Below, piece by piece: positions 10,637 through 20,492 of a stretch of DNA of 32,000 bases. The stretch lies in contig JADGIF010000011.1 of assembly GCA_018985225.1 (NCBI GenBank), positions 1 through 32,000 of the forward strand. Reading direction: 5' to 3'. The DNA comes from Amoeboradix gromovi X-113 (Eukaryota; Fungi; Sanchytriomycota). The position numbers and the translations under genes were made by a program. Below the pieces are notes generated by a model. It made no database searches. It was not told where the DNA came from and was given only the letters and a program-made list of their open reading frames with translations. Numbering within the stretch: position 1 is the stretch's first letter; every line of letters begins with the position of its first letter.

Positions 10637-11859
10637 CTAATTTTTGTGTAGCCATTCTTTGTTTAGCTCTCTTCCTATAATCATTCTTCTAATCTCACTC
10701 GTACCTGCACCGATTTCATATAATTTGGAGTCTCTCAACAATCTGCCCATGCTGTATTCATTAATATAACCGTTACCCCCCAAGCATTGAATTCCATCTA
10801 GAGATATTTGTGTTGCTTTTTCAGCGCAATATAAGATAACCCCAGCACATTCCTTGTTCATTTCAGAATTTTTTTCCAGTTTGTTACCAACAGCTAAGTT
10901 AGCAATGAGGTACATTTCTGAGCATCTATTTGACGAGACACTGAGTAGAGGTAGGTTTTGCAGGCACTCCAAGTTGTGTACATATCAGCCAATTTGCCTT
11001 GCATCAACTGAAATGTCCCTATTGGCTGGTTGAATTGGTGCCTCTGATGCACATAAGGAAGGACTTCTTCCATTACATTATCCATAATTCCAACAGGACC
11101 TGCAGCTAGTACCAATCTCTCACTGTCTAGTCCACTCATCAATACATACACTCCTTTATTGACAATACCTAAAATGTTATCCTTGGGCACTTCTACGTTA
11201 TCAAATACCAGTTCACACGTGTTGGAGCCTCGCATTCCTAGCTTGTCTAATTTCTGATGAGTGGAGAATCCTTTCATTCCTTTCTCCACTAAAAATGCGG
11301 ATATATCTTTACCGGTTTTGGCATAAACTATTATAACATCAGCAATATCTCCATTGGTGATCCAAAACTTGTTACCATTTAGCACATATGTATCATTTAT
11401 TAGTTCAGCCTTTGTTCTCATACTTGTCACATCGCTACCGCTGTTTGGTTCACTCATAGCTAAAGCACCAACAAATTCACCAGAAATCAATTTAGGAAGA
11501 TACTTTTCCAACTGAACCTTGGATCCATGCCTTGCAATCTGATTCACGCATAGATTACTGTGTGCACCATAACTTAGTCCGATACTAGCACTAGCACGAC
11601 TGACGGCTTGCATTGCCAAAACATGATCAAAATACCCAAGACCTAAACCACCATATTCGGGGCTTGCTGTTACACCAAGCATACCCATTTCACCAATTTT
11701 GTACATAATATCTCTAGGAAAAATATTATCCTTGTCTACTTGTTGAGCCAAAGGTTTTATTTGTTTTTGACAGAATTCATTAATACTTTGTATGTAAGAT
11801 ACATCTTTATTAGCGTGGTTGATAGTATGCTGAAGAATAGAATTCGATCTTCGAAACAT
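10637..11859 (-). CDS. IVD: Isovaleryl-CoA dehydrogenase, 2 exons (11859-10914, 10893-10637), 400 aa
   Basis: [66 protein letters not shown]. Two overlapping ORFs join in frame on removing a 20-nt GT-AG intron. Confidence 0.96.
10894..10913 (-). other. 20-nt spliceosomal intron in IVD
   Basis: GTACCTCATTGCTAACTTAG: GT..AG with branch motif CTAAC. Removal fuses ..[21 protein letters not shown]. Confidence 0.88.
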
Positions 11860-12389
11860 TGGGGTAAATGGGACATAAGTATATTCACACCATTTCAGAA
11901 GATATATCCAACTCTAAGTCGGAGGAGCACCTGAAAATATGTGTTAGTCCCATAACATGCCTTTGAGCCTTTTCCCGATATGAAAAATGCACTGGCAATA
12001 TCCTTTTTATAATAGCTTGGCTGATTAGCACTTGAGCATATGTTGCATCATCTTACCTGGTAACTATTTTTATGTTCTGTCTTGATATTTGTAATGTCGT
12101 CTTATTCACAAACAAGGTAGCATCTGGATGTCTTTCTTTCGCATCTAACGACATGATCATGTCCCATTCCTGTTGTGGTTTCTAGGTGTTCCTGCTACTT
12201 GGAAATGAGGAAATTCGGTCTGAATGGGTCTCATTTATTTGCCCCACTATCGTTAAAAACTTTGAGAACAGAAAGTAGAAGGTACTAACTGTTGATGATG
12301 ATAGAATGAGTGCTTTGTTAAATATTGGGCTGAGGAAGTAAAGAAAAGAACTCAGAGAGAATTATTTAACAAGAACGATATAAAAAAGT

Positions 12390-12800
12390 TATTATTCATA
12401 GGTTAGAAAAATTTAGGGAAATTGAGCGTACATTCTCTTTAAATGTAGAAAATCCAAAACCTGTAGGAAGAACTAAAATATTTTCTTGACTGGTATCAAG
12501 GGTGTTGGTAAAACTTTATTACTGCCTGCGTTGTATGGATTTGCTACTGATGTATATGCTGAGTTTGTTAGTATTTACATAAACTACGAAGATAACTTTG
12601 AAGGAAATAAGTCATCCGTCTTCGAGTTATTTAAGCAGCAAACTTAAATTTTATGATACCCCATCAGATGTTCAAGGATTATCTAATTGGCGCTTCAACA
12701 AATCAGAAGCTGTTGTTCTTTTTGCTCAGGAAGTCCAAGAATTGCACAGGTCAACCAAATATTTAAACGCAATTGAAGAAATACTAGTAGCCAATAAAAT
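12390..12800 (+). pseudogene. Decayed P-loop NTPase (AAA/STAND-like) N-terminal part
   Basis: Frameshifted LFIG(R)-like pre-P-loop motif (~12390), Walker A GIKGVGKT at 12492-12515, Walker B-like VVLFAQEVQEL (~12712-12744). Confidence 0.7.
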
Positions 12801-12816
12801 GGTTTATTTTTCAGTG

Positions 12817-13836
12817 TTCAAATATAAAAACTAGGCCAATTAGTAACAGTAAACAAGATATTGTATTTTCACTTGACGAGTATAAAAACTAGAAAACCTA
12901 AAAACATTATCATTCAAGCAAATGAGAGTATTTTATACGTAAGAAATCTCCAGTAAAGTAACAACTTTTTTTCTTGTATTTATCATAAAACTGTAGCTTA
13001 AGTAGATAACTCTTCTTTCGATAATTCCAAAATCAATCCATTTTAAGAATAGAGAATTTCGCACCTTCGTCAGAAATTTCTATTCCTTTTTCAATTTAAC
13101 TTTAAGCATCTGAATTGATTCCCTTGGTTATCAGTGTAAATGATTTCGCTTTAAACTTCAATGATGCAAATCTCTCATACTATTGTTTTGAAATTGTATT
13201 GAAGGATAGAACAAATTTGTGACTTATTCCAACAATAGCTGTATTGTCGTCCTCTATTTTTGGCCTCTACAGTGATTTTTTGCCTTTTTTTCCATCTTAA
13301 CTTCTGAATGATAGATAAAAATGGCGTTACCATCTTCAACATCACGCTTCAGCATAAATGCGTCCGACCTATTATCAGCACAAGAGTGTATCATCTTATT
13401 TAATAAATGAATCCCTGCAATGCTCAATTTAACGCAGTCTTTCTTTTTAGATTTACTAGAAGATAACCACTTTTTTGAATGATCAGAACATTTAAATGGG
13501 ATATGCTACCCAACTAGCTACTTACGCAATTCATATTCAGGTGTCATTCGAGGAGAACTTCCCTTCATCAATCCTCTTCAAGTACCTTCTGAAGCAAACA
13601 ACTGGTATTTTTCTGGATTATCATCTATATTAGATTGTAGAAGGTATATATGCTCTGGAACTAGAAACCCATAATTCATAGTATCCTCAGCGAAAAGGCA
13701 ATGTTAAAATATTCGTGGCCTACAAAAGTTGTTTCTTTCTGAACCAAGCTTCTAGTGCATTGGCTGGAGCCTGAAATGATTCCAAAAGATACTTCACATT
13801 AACCTACTGACAGTTGATCTAGTTTTTATATTTGAA
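12817..13836. repeat. Inverted repeat of the same motif family (12817-12834 / 13819-13836)
   Basis: 18-bp perfect core ttcaaatataaaaactag in opposite orientations. Confidence 0.8.
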
Positions 13837-14030
13837 ATACAAAAAAAAATCAAGTGTAATATCTTGAAATAATTTCTGGTAAATTACTCTATTTATTACA
13901 CATGGGACATCAAATATAAAAACTGGACTAACTTTCTGAAATAGTTTGAATCATTATTTCAGCTTTATTAATTTATGGATTCAAGAGGCGAGGGGACATT
14001 CAGCTAGCTGCGGAGTTGACGAGTATAAAA
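12873..14030. repeat. 15-bp direct repeat ttgacgagtataaaa at 12873-12887 and 14016-14030 (possible target-site duplication)
   Basis: Exact match read from the sequence. Confidence 0.75.
13060..13800 (-). pseudogene. Decayed coding segment, probable PD-(D/E)xK restriction-endonuclease-like domain
   Basis: Long stop-interrupted frame ..YGFLVPEHIYLL..GSSPRMTPEYELRK..ADNRSDAFMLKR..IFIYHSEVKM; D (13356-13367) and ExK (13296-13304) spacing fits PD-(D/E)xK. Confidence 0.45.
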
Positions 14031-14285
14031 GGAAAATAAATATTCTGTACAGCTATTCTCTTACTCTTTCGAAGAAAGAGTACCGTCTAAGAAAATGCAC
14101 CTTTTGCTTAGATGCTCAATGACCTCATATATTTGAAAGAGATGCAGGGTCTTCTAGTTTTATTTTGAAGAGGGGATTGAAAGTAATGAAAGAAGATTGG
14201 TATAATAGATCTTTTATTAATGATTTCATCCGTATGGTGCACCTTTAAAAACGAGTTAGTCTAGTTTTTATATTTGGTGTCCCAT
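13902..14285. repeat. 32-bp imperfect inverted repeat (13902-13933 / 14254-14285), MITE/TIR-like
   Basis: atgggacatcaaatataaaaactggactaact vs reverse complement atgggacaccaaatataaaaactagactaact (2 mismatches). Confidence 0.85.
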
Positions 14286-14770
14286 CTGTTGTGCCATAAA
14301 TAGTAAAAACTGGATTAACTATTTCTACCGAAGTACCTTGTATTTCTCATCTAGAGGGTAGGATAAATACACTCACCAGAGTATTATTTTTGCCAGTCGG
14401 GTACTTCGCCACTTTTAGCAGTCATTTAATTGCTTTACGGTAGTTGTACCACTAGCTCACGACTTAATCCACGACTACATCTTAGTGACTGCACAGGCGT
14501 ACTCAAAGACTATTCTGAGAGCGAATGTTCTTATAGTTGGAACTGTTCCGATAAAGCGGAAGTACGTTTCAAAAGAATCATATTCTGTTGCAAGTGAAAC
14601 TAACGATTTCTCTCGAATGCATGAACCGCTTCTTATTTGCAGTACCCTGGGAGTCTAAAGTTATGCTGGTATATTGCATCCCAACATAAATCTCAACTTG
14701 ACCTTCATAAGACAAATTAAGTTTGCAATCAGAAAAAGAGAAGCCTGTAAGGTACTTAATTTCAGTAGTT

Positions 14771-14946
14771 TGAGGAAACATTTTGGAAGTGTGCTCTGAT
14801 AATAAAGTTAAGGTGGTAAACGAGGATAACAAAAAAAAGAGACGATAGCCTATTACATGTATGATTGGTGATAAAAAATATGGGAAATATCTACTGGACT
14901 AGATCTAGTTAGTACGCTAGTTTAGAGGTTTGGTCCAGTTTTTGTA
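14771..14946 (-). repeat. Copy 1 of a dispersed repeat, inverted relative to 17860-18196
   Basis: 176 nt matching the reverse complement of 17860-17948 plus 18110-18196, no mismatch seen; contains palindrome actagatctagt (14898-14909). Confidence 0.95.
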
Positions 14947-15143
14947 ACATACCAGCTATTATAAATTAAATATGTGTGAAGTAACTCTGTATCACGGGAT
15001 GCCAACTACAGGTCATTCTGCCATAATAGTAGGAACTGCTACCTAAAATGTTTTTTAATTTAACCAACGAAGATAAATTGCCTTGGACCAATCAGGTTGC
15101 AGGAACATGTACTTAATGAAACTACAGTGACTTCAGGCAAACA

Positions 15144-15431
15144 ATGGAAAAGTGTATTTTGGATCCATTGGAAGAATTAATCAAGTATCAATCTATTAAA
15201 AATACCCAGATTGAGGCGCAACGTAATCGTAGGCGTAAATTAAATGAGACTTATGAACAATTGAAGCATGAATTGAAGCACTATCTGGATGAGACTCAAT
15301 TTCACACGAAGCAGAGAGTAGTTGATAAAACCATATTAGCCATTGAACACCACAGACAGCGTAAACTTGAACTAGAAAACGAGCAATGTGAACTAGTTCA
15401 AGCATTGAAAGCTTTGGATAATCAAAAGTAA
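15144..15431 (+). CDS. Small bHLH-leucine-zipper-like transcription factor, 95 aa
   Basis: Basic helix EAQRNRRRKLNETYEQLK, loop, TKQRVVDKTILAI (helix 2), then a zipper-like tail; AATAAA just after the stop. Confidence 0.75.
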   Translation: MEKCILDPLEELIKYQSIKNTQIEAQRNRRRKLNETYEQLKHELKHYLDETQFHTKQRVVDKTILAIEHHRQRKLELENEQCELVQALKALDNQK

Positions 15432-15467
15432 GATTTAATAAAATGTTTTTACTTATCCTTGTTTTAA

Positions 15468-15665
15468 ATGGGTTGTGATAAAGCCAAAAATCAGTTACTA
15501 AAATGTCTAAAAAATTCAGAATGCATAAAGACGCACAGCGGATCCCAGTGTTTGAAAAAGGAATTAAGGCCTGCAGAGTGTGACGAAGCATACATAACAT
15601 TTTACCACTGTAAAAGAGCCATGCTTGATCCACGATATAGGTTCAAAGGTAATATATTTGAATAA
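15468..15665 (+). CDS. COA5: Cytochrome c oxidase assembly factor COA5/PET191 (twin CX9C-type), 65 aa
   Basis: C-x9-C..SEC..C..C-x9-CKRAMLDPRYRFKGN matches the Pet191 C-terminal signature. Confidence 0.9.
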   Translation: MGCDKAKNQLLKCLKNSECIKTHSGSQCLKKELRPAECDEAYITFYHCKRAMLDPRYRFKGNIFE

Positions 15666-15667
15666 AT

Positions 15668-16050
15668 TTACTGACCGGCTGCTGCGTTTCTTAATAAATT
15701 TATTTTGTATACCGCTGGAATCTCATTCTTATTCTGAGCCTCAAATATGTAAGATTTAGTTCTTAGCTTTCGTTCTAGCTCATTTTGAACAATCTCTTGC
15801 AACATGGAGTAGTGCGAGAGATAAGACCAGATACCGAGGCCAGTGGTTTGGATCATCGATGCACATTAAGTTCTGAGTGGGTGGCATTTCTTCAAGCTCT
15901 GCATTTCGCCATTAAGGCTCTTCTCAGGTGCAGTAATAACTCTAATGCTGCTTATGTTTTATATGTATGTTAGCCTCATTATCAATTATCTCAAGACAAA
16001 ATTTCCATTGAATTTTTGTCCGTTATCTAGCAACATTTTGGCCAATTGAC
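15668..16050 (-). pseudogene. Decayed coding-like segment of unknown family
   Basis: Frame ..RVITAPEKSLNGEMQ..PLRT*CASMIQTTG..AAGQ* open except for one TAA; no recognisable domain. Confidence 0.3.
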
Positions 16051-16170
16051 TGCGAGAAAACTTACACTAGATTTGCAAGGATCTTAACTTAGGTGTGAAA
16101 ACAGCTTTTTAAGGATGTCAAAGCGTATAAAAACTAAAGGATAATCAAGCACCGAATAGTAGAAAACAGT

Positions 16171-17007
16171 TTATTTATTGATCTTCTTTTTTGCTGGCTT
16201 CTTCTTGAGAGGCTGAGGTGCATTTTTATGTACTTTTCTCCACCACCGTTGAAGCAGCAGAATTGCAGTGACCTGCATTTCGATCAGTTTTTTAGCGTCC
16301 TGTCTCTTAGAAATCTCCACATTATAACCTACTATCACTGCGTTTTTGTCTCGAAATTCAATGGCAGCTTTTTCCAGTTCATTAGATTTCTTCTCGGTTT
16401 CTATTTTCAAATTTTCGATTTCTGTTTCTTGAAGTTCAATTTTTTTCTCATAGTCGTTAACCCATTTGTCCAGTACGCCTGCGTCACTTTCTTTTTCTAG
16501 TGAAAAATGATCTTCGAGTTTTTTCATTGTTATAGTATCTCTGTTAGTAATCCACGCAAAGTTATCTAATTCTAAAATCAGCTTATCCTCCAGTACCTTT
16601 TTTTGCTCAATCACAAATGCCTTCTCATTAGACAAGTGCTTATCAACTATCTCTACTTGTCTTCTGTAGCTATGGACTATTTCGTTTCTCTTTAATCGTA
16701 GCTGAATTAGTGTGTTTTGTCGTTTTTCAATTTCACAAGCCCATTTAGATACAGTCTCATCAACCTCCTTTCTTCGCGCTTCCATATCTTCCTTATATTT
16801 TAAGTTCATTGATTTTAGTAGCTCATATTCATTTAACATCTTAGAAGACTTTCTAATAATATCGTTGTAGTTCTCTTCAGGATTCATTTGGATTTGGTGC
16901 AGAACTGAAATAACTTTCTCTAATCCCTTCAATTTAGAGATATCCAAAGATCTGGCATGGGATCTCAAAGTGTTTATGAAGTCATCCAAAAATTGGTTTT
17001 GTGACAT
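16171..17007 (-). CDS. Coiled-coil IQ-motif protein, DRC9/IQCG- or DRC10/IQCD-like (nexin-dynein regulatory complex), 278 aa
   Basis: Long coiled-coil, KWVNDYEKKIELQETEIENLK, terminal IQ-like LLQRWWRK and a poly-Lys tail. Confidence 0.65.
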   Translation of the reverse strand: MSQNQFLDDFINTLRSHARSLDISKLKGLEKVISVLHQIQMNPEENYNDIIRKSSKMLNEYELLKSMNLKYKEDMEARRKEVDETVSKWACEIEKRQNTLIQLRLKRNEIVHSYRRQVEIVDKHLSNEKAFVIEQKKVLEDKLILELDNFAWITNRDTITMKKLEDHFSLEKESDAGVLDKWVNDYEKKIELQETEIENLKIETEKKSNELEKAAIEFRDKNAVIVGYNVEISKRQDAKKLIEMQVTAILLLQRWWRKVHKNAPQPLKKKPAKKKINK

Positions 17008-17024
17008 AGCTAAATGACCTTTTA

Positions 17025-17807
17025 TTAAAATAAAGAGCTCGGAATGTTCAGAGTGCTACAATTATCATTCGAATTTCTTAGTGCAATGTTAACTTTTTCA
17101 AACAACACTCTGCAATGTTCTTGTCCACTTTTTATAATATTTCGAAGCAACAATAAATTGCATAATCCACTGTTTGTGGTCACAACTTTGTTAGCAGATC
17201 CACCAGTAATGCAATGGACCAGTATTCCACCAGATAAAAGCTCCTCCTCTCTTGGGTCTATGCAGAATCCAGTTCCAATATTTATGATTGAGCATGTCAA
17301 CGGAAAATCCTCATAATTTGGAATTCTCTCAGCTGCATTGACATCATCCACTACTTCTACTTCTCCATTCAGCACAATAATACTTGGTAGCTTAACATCC
17401 CAAATTGCACTTTTTAATGCTATGAAGCATGCGTCAACTATGTTACCCGTTGAGTTTGTAAATGATATAGTCACTTTTAGTAGCCAGCTAAACTTATCAT
17501 TTATCTTCGGCAATTCCAAGTTAACATTTGATAAAACTGATTCTAGATCTGCAACTTGTTCCTCGTTCACATCGCTCTTCTTATCAATCATAAATTCTAT
17601 ATTATCATTTGCTTCTTCCACCACATCCCCAAATATCTGCACAATACATGTTACTATTCCTAGCACACATTTACTACTTCCATTTGCTCTAGGTAGTATA
17701 CCCATTTCTATGTTTATGTCTCTATAGTCGTGTATTTGTCTCCCATCTATCCTGCAGTTACTCTTTATTCCGTTCGAAATAAAATCTACTTCATTCTCCG
17801 ATAGCAT
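17025..17807 (-). CDS. RRP42: Exosome RNase PH-like subunit RRP42/EXOSC7, 260 aa (ATG at 17807)
   Basis: MLSENEVDFISNGIKSNCRIDGRQIHDYR, ANGSS, GNIVDAC..A..DVKLP, IDPREEE. Confidence 0.88.
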   Translation of the reverse strand: MLSENEVDFISNGIKSNCRIDGRQIHDYRDINIEMGILPRANGSSKCVLGIVTCIVQIFGDVVEEANDNIEFMIDKKSDVNEEQVADLESVLSNVNLELPKINDKFSWLLKVTISFTNSTGNIVDACFIALKSAIWDVKLPSIIVLNGEVEVVDDVNAAERIPNYEDFPLTCSIINIGTGFCIDPREEELLSGGILVHCITGGSANKVVTTNSGLCNLLLLRNIIKSGQEHCRVLFEKVNIALRNSNDNCSTLNIPSSLF

Positions 17808-17859
17808 TCTCCTTAACAAAAATGAATAAAATTTTTGCAATATAAATCTAGCGTGACAC

Positions 17860-18196
17860 TACAAAAACTGGACCAAACCTCTAAACTAGCGTACTAACTA
17901 GATCTAGTCCAGTAGATATTTCCCATATTTTTTATCACCAATCATACAAGACTTTTGTAACTTGTTTGCCAATGACAACGCTACAACTACTTTTTCGTTT
18001 AATGATCACATTAGTCAGTTATCTGGTGGTCATGACTATTTAGTAATAGAATTATCGTGTGATATGGCTATTATATTATAACTTTGCATACTTTTTGATG
18101 GTCTAGACATGTAATAGGCTATCGTCTCTTTTTTTTGTTATCCTCGTTTACCACCTTAACTTTATTATCAGAGCACACTTCCAAAATGTTTCCTCA
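17860..18196 (+). repeat. Copy 2 of the dispersed repeat, with an extra 161 nt (17949-18109) bounded by ACA microhomology
   Basis: Direct comparison with 14771-14946; begins (cac)tacaaaaactggacc. Confidence 0.95.
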
Positions 18197-18683
18197 TTTT
18201 TAAAGTCCTTGGTTTCTGAAAATCAAAATTTCCACAGAAACCCTGTAAAGCAAGTTAATCTTTCACAGTGATTACTCAAGGTTCTACTACCATGAGCGGG
18301 CTTGATTAGTGGTACTTTTATCTCAAGTTAATGGTCTATTCACTTCTAAATGACAGATTTTGTATCTAGATCTCTCCGGTTAGCTTCTTAAGAGCTCCAC
18401 ATCTTGTGTATGTATGACTAGTAGATGCTTTAATGCACCTCATCAATGTCTTTTCCTTTTTCAGACAAAAATTCAATTTAATGCCGATGTCTGAATGAGT
18501 TTTTTCTTTATCGTGCACTAATGTAAGCAGATTTTACAAATTGCATCTGGGATTACTTGGAGACAAATATCGCGGACACAAAAAAGAGAATATCCTGTAC
18601 ACATTCAATTAGTAAATTATAGTTTGAGGAACTGGTGGGGATAAAATCGATGTTATCACCATAAATGTTTTATTTAGTAAAAA

Positions 18684-20396
18684 TTAAGTGTCTGCTTTCT
18701 CTTCCACCGTTTCCAAGTCTATTTCTTTTGGTAAACTTTCCATACTCATGTTTATTGACGATGTAGTCTCCTCGCTAGGTAAAGTCTCCATTATTCTTCC
18801 AGAATCTTTTTCTAACCCACGTGTGCTTAATGATGTGCTCAATCTTGGCTCTGATGGATGTGGCGATCTATGGTGTAACTCTGTCATACTACCTCTTCTA
18901 CTCATTACTTTCCGTAAGTCTACCACCATATTGGAGAATGATGAACTCAATCGCCGTATATTTTTTTTGAATTTGTCCATTATAGTGACTGCGTTGTCTA
19001 CTTCAAAGTCAGTAACATTTATGACATCATACTGCTGTGGATTAGTGTCTGAAATCCATTGCTCCACTTCCTCACTAGTCATTGTGCTGGTAATCCACTT
19101 GTGGTGCTTCATGTGATCTAAAGTAATTCGTCTATCCCACCTTTTCTCGAGTAGTTTAACTAATAGATCTTTACAATCTTCACTAGGTCCATCAGGCAGT
19201 ATTAATTCCTTTTTAGGAATAACATCCAGCAACTCGTATTCATTTGCCGCAGTAAAGGGTACGTGACCATAAATCATACAATACAAAGTAACCCCCAATG
19301 CCCATATATCGATAGATTTAGTCACATAAACTTTGTATGAAGGATCATCTATCAATGGATGGGGCTCATTGTCGTATTTTATTGGTAGATGCGACTCATT
19401 GCTGGCCACACATAATTCAGGTGCAAAGAAAGCAGGGCTACCCACAGTCTTTTCTAATTCAGGGTCATTCTCTAATTTGCTGAAATGCGATACCCCAAAG
19501 TCAGTAATTTTAACGATCAACTCACGCTGAGAACCGGAAATATTGTTAAAAGTATATAGCAAATTTGCTGGTTTTATATCTCTATGAATGACACCCTGAT
19601 AGTGTAAATAATCAAGACCACTGATTACTTGTTTGATTATATATCTAGCCTGATCTTCGCTAATAACTGGGTAATACAAATCCTCTTCTTCCTCGTTGTC
19701 CACTTTATCATTTGAAGAATCAGAATCGGAATCATCGCCAATATAGAACTGAGAGCTAGATTGTTTATCCAGCTGTTCAAGGTCACGATGAGGAGCCACA
19801 CCGTCTAGTGGTTCATTTTGATCACTCCAGAGAACAGGCGAGTTTATGGAAAAGTCCTCATCCTCTGAAGAATCAGAAATAGAAAACGAAGTGCTCTTAA
19901 ATATGGAATCAAAGTCTGATGCAATTGGTTGCTCATGGCTGTTGTTTGATTCTGGGTACTTTTTGCGCCATTTTATATGTCCATGGCAATATTCCATCAC
20001 TAAATAAACATTTTCATCAAAGGGGTCTTCTATAACTTCTAGTAGTCTGACAACGTTGGGATGATTTAACTTCTTCATAATGGCTATTTCCTTTTTTATA
20101 AGCGTCAAATAATTATTGTCATTTTGAAAATTACCTTTTTTATTTTTAGGGATAACTTTGATGGCTACAAATAAATTGTCTGATGCTGATGGAGCTTTGC
20201 CCATATATACTTTACCATGCACGCCTTTGCCAATTGTTTTGATTACCACATATTGATTGATTTGCTTATAACCTGCGGGAGAAGTACCTTTGACAAGAGC
20301 GCTTGTGTACTTTACAGGTGTGGCTATACTGGTTGTAGGACTAGCTGGTGCAGAGCCTTCTTCTGATTTTTTGTTCACTTTTAAAAAACTTCTCAT
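18684..20396 (-). CDS. CaMKK-family Ser/Thr kinase (Sak1/Tos3/Ssp1-like AMPK upstream kinase), 570 aa from ATG 20396
   Basis: INQY..IGKGVHGKV, VAIK, EIAIMKKLNHPNVVRLLEV, HRDIKPANLL, DFGVS, GSPAFFAPE, DIWALGVTLYC; long acidic insert in the kinase domain. Confidence 0.93.
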   Translation of the reverse strand: MRSFLKVNKKSEEGSAPASPTTSIATPVKYTSALVKGTSPAGYKQINQYVVIKTIGKGVHGKVYMGKAPSASDNLFVAIKVIPKNKKGNFQNDNNYLTLIKKEIAIMKKLNHPNVVRLLEVIEDPFDENVYLVMEYCHGHIKWRKKYPESNNSHEQPIASDFDSIFKSTSFSISDSSEDEDFSINSPVLWSDQNEPLDGVAPHRDLEQLDKQSSSQFYIGDDSDSDSSNDKVDNEEEEDLYYPVISEDQARYIIKQVISGLDYLHYQGVIHRDIKPANLLYTFNNISGSQRELIVKITDFGVSHFSKLENDPELEKTVGSPAFFAPELCVASNESHLPIKYDNEPHPLIDDPSYKVYVTKSIDIWALGVTLYCMIYGHVPFTAANEYELLDVIPKKELILPDGPSEDCKDLLVKLLEKRWDRRITLDHMKHHKWITSTMTSEEVEQWISDTNPQQYDVINVTDFEVDNAVTIMDKFKKNIRRLSSSFSNMVVDLRKVMSRRGSMTELHHRSPHPSEPRLSTSLSTRGLEKDSGRIMETLPSEETTSSINMSMESLPKEIDLETVEEKADT

Positions 20397-20442
20397 TACA
20401 GCTCGAAACAAAGTTTGTAATGGGTTAATGTCTTGCGACGTA

Positions 20443-20492
20443 TAAAAACAGAGAATCTAACTTTAAAAACAGAGAATCTAACTTTAAAAACA
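20443..20492 (+). repeat. 21-bp tandem repeat (taaaaacagagaatctaactt) x2.4
   Basis: Units at 20443-20463 and 20464-20484, partial at 20485-20492. Confidence 0.95.

Noticed and set aside
10890-10972. Programmed frameshift or split gene in IVD (and ThrRS)
   Set aside because: A GT-AG intron with a branch motif explains both frame changes more simply.
15048-15143. Upstream exon for the bHLH gene via 19-nt GTACTTAATGAAACTACAG
   Set aside because: Splicing would not join the upstream ATG in frame with the bHLH ORF, and it lacks CTAAY.
17808-17820. Shine-Dalgarno-like taaggag upstream of RRP42 (and of ThrRS)
   Set aside because: The genes are eukaryote-type, and ThrRS carries a spliceosomal intron; a short motif is expected by chance.
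20443-20492. CRISPR-like array
   Set aside because: Head-to-tail tandem units with no spacers; eukaryotic context.
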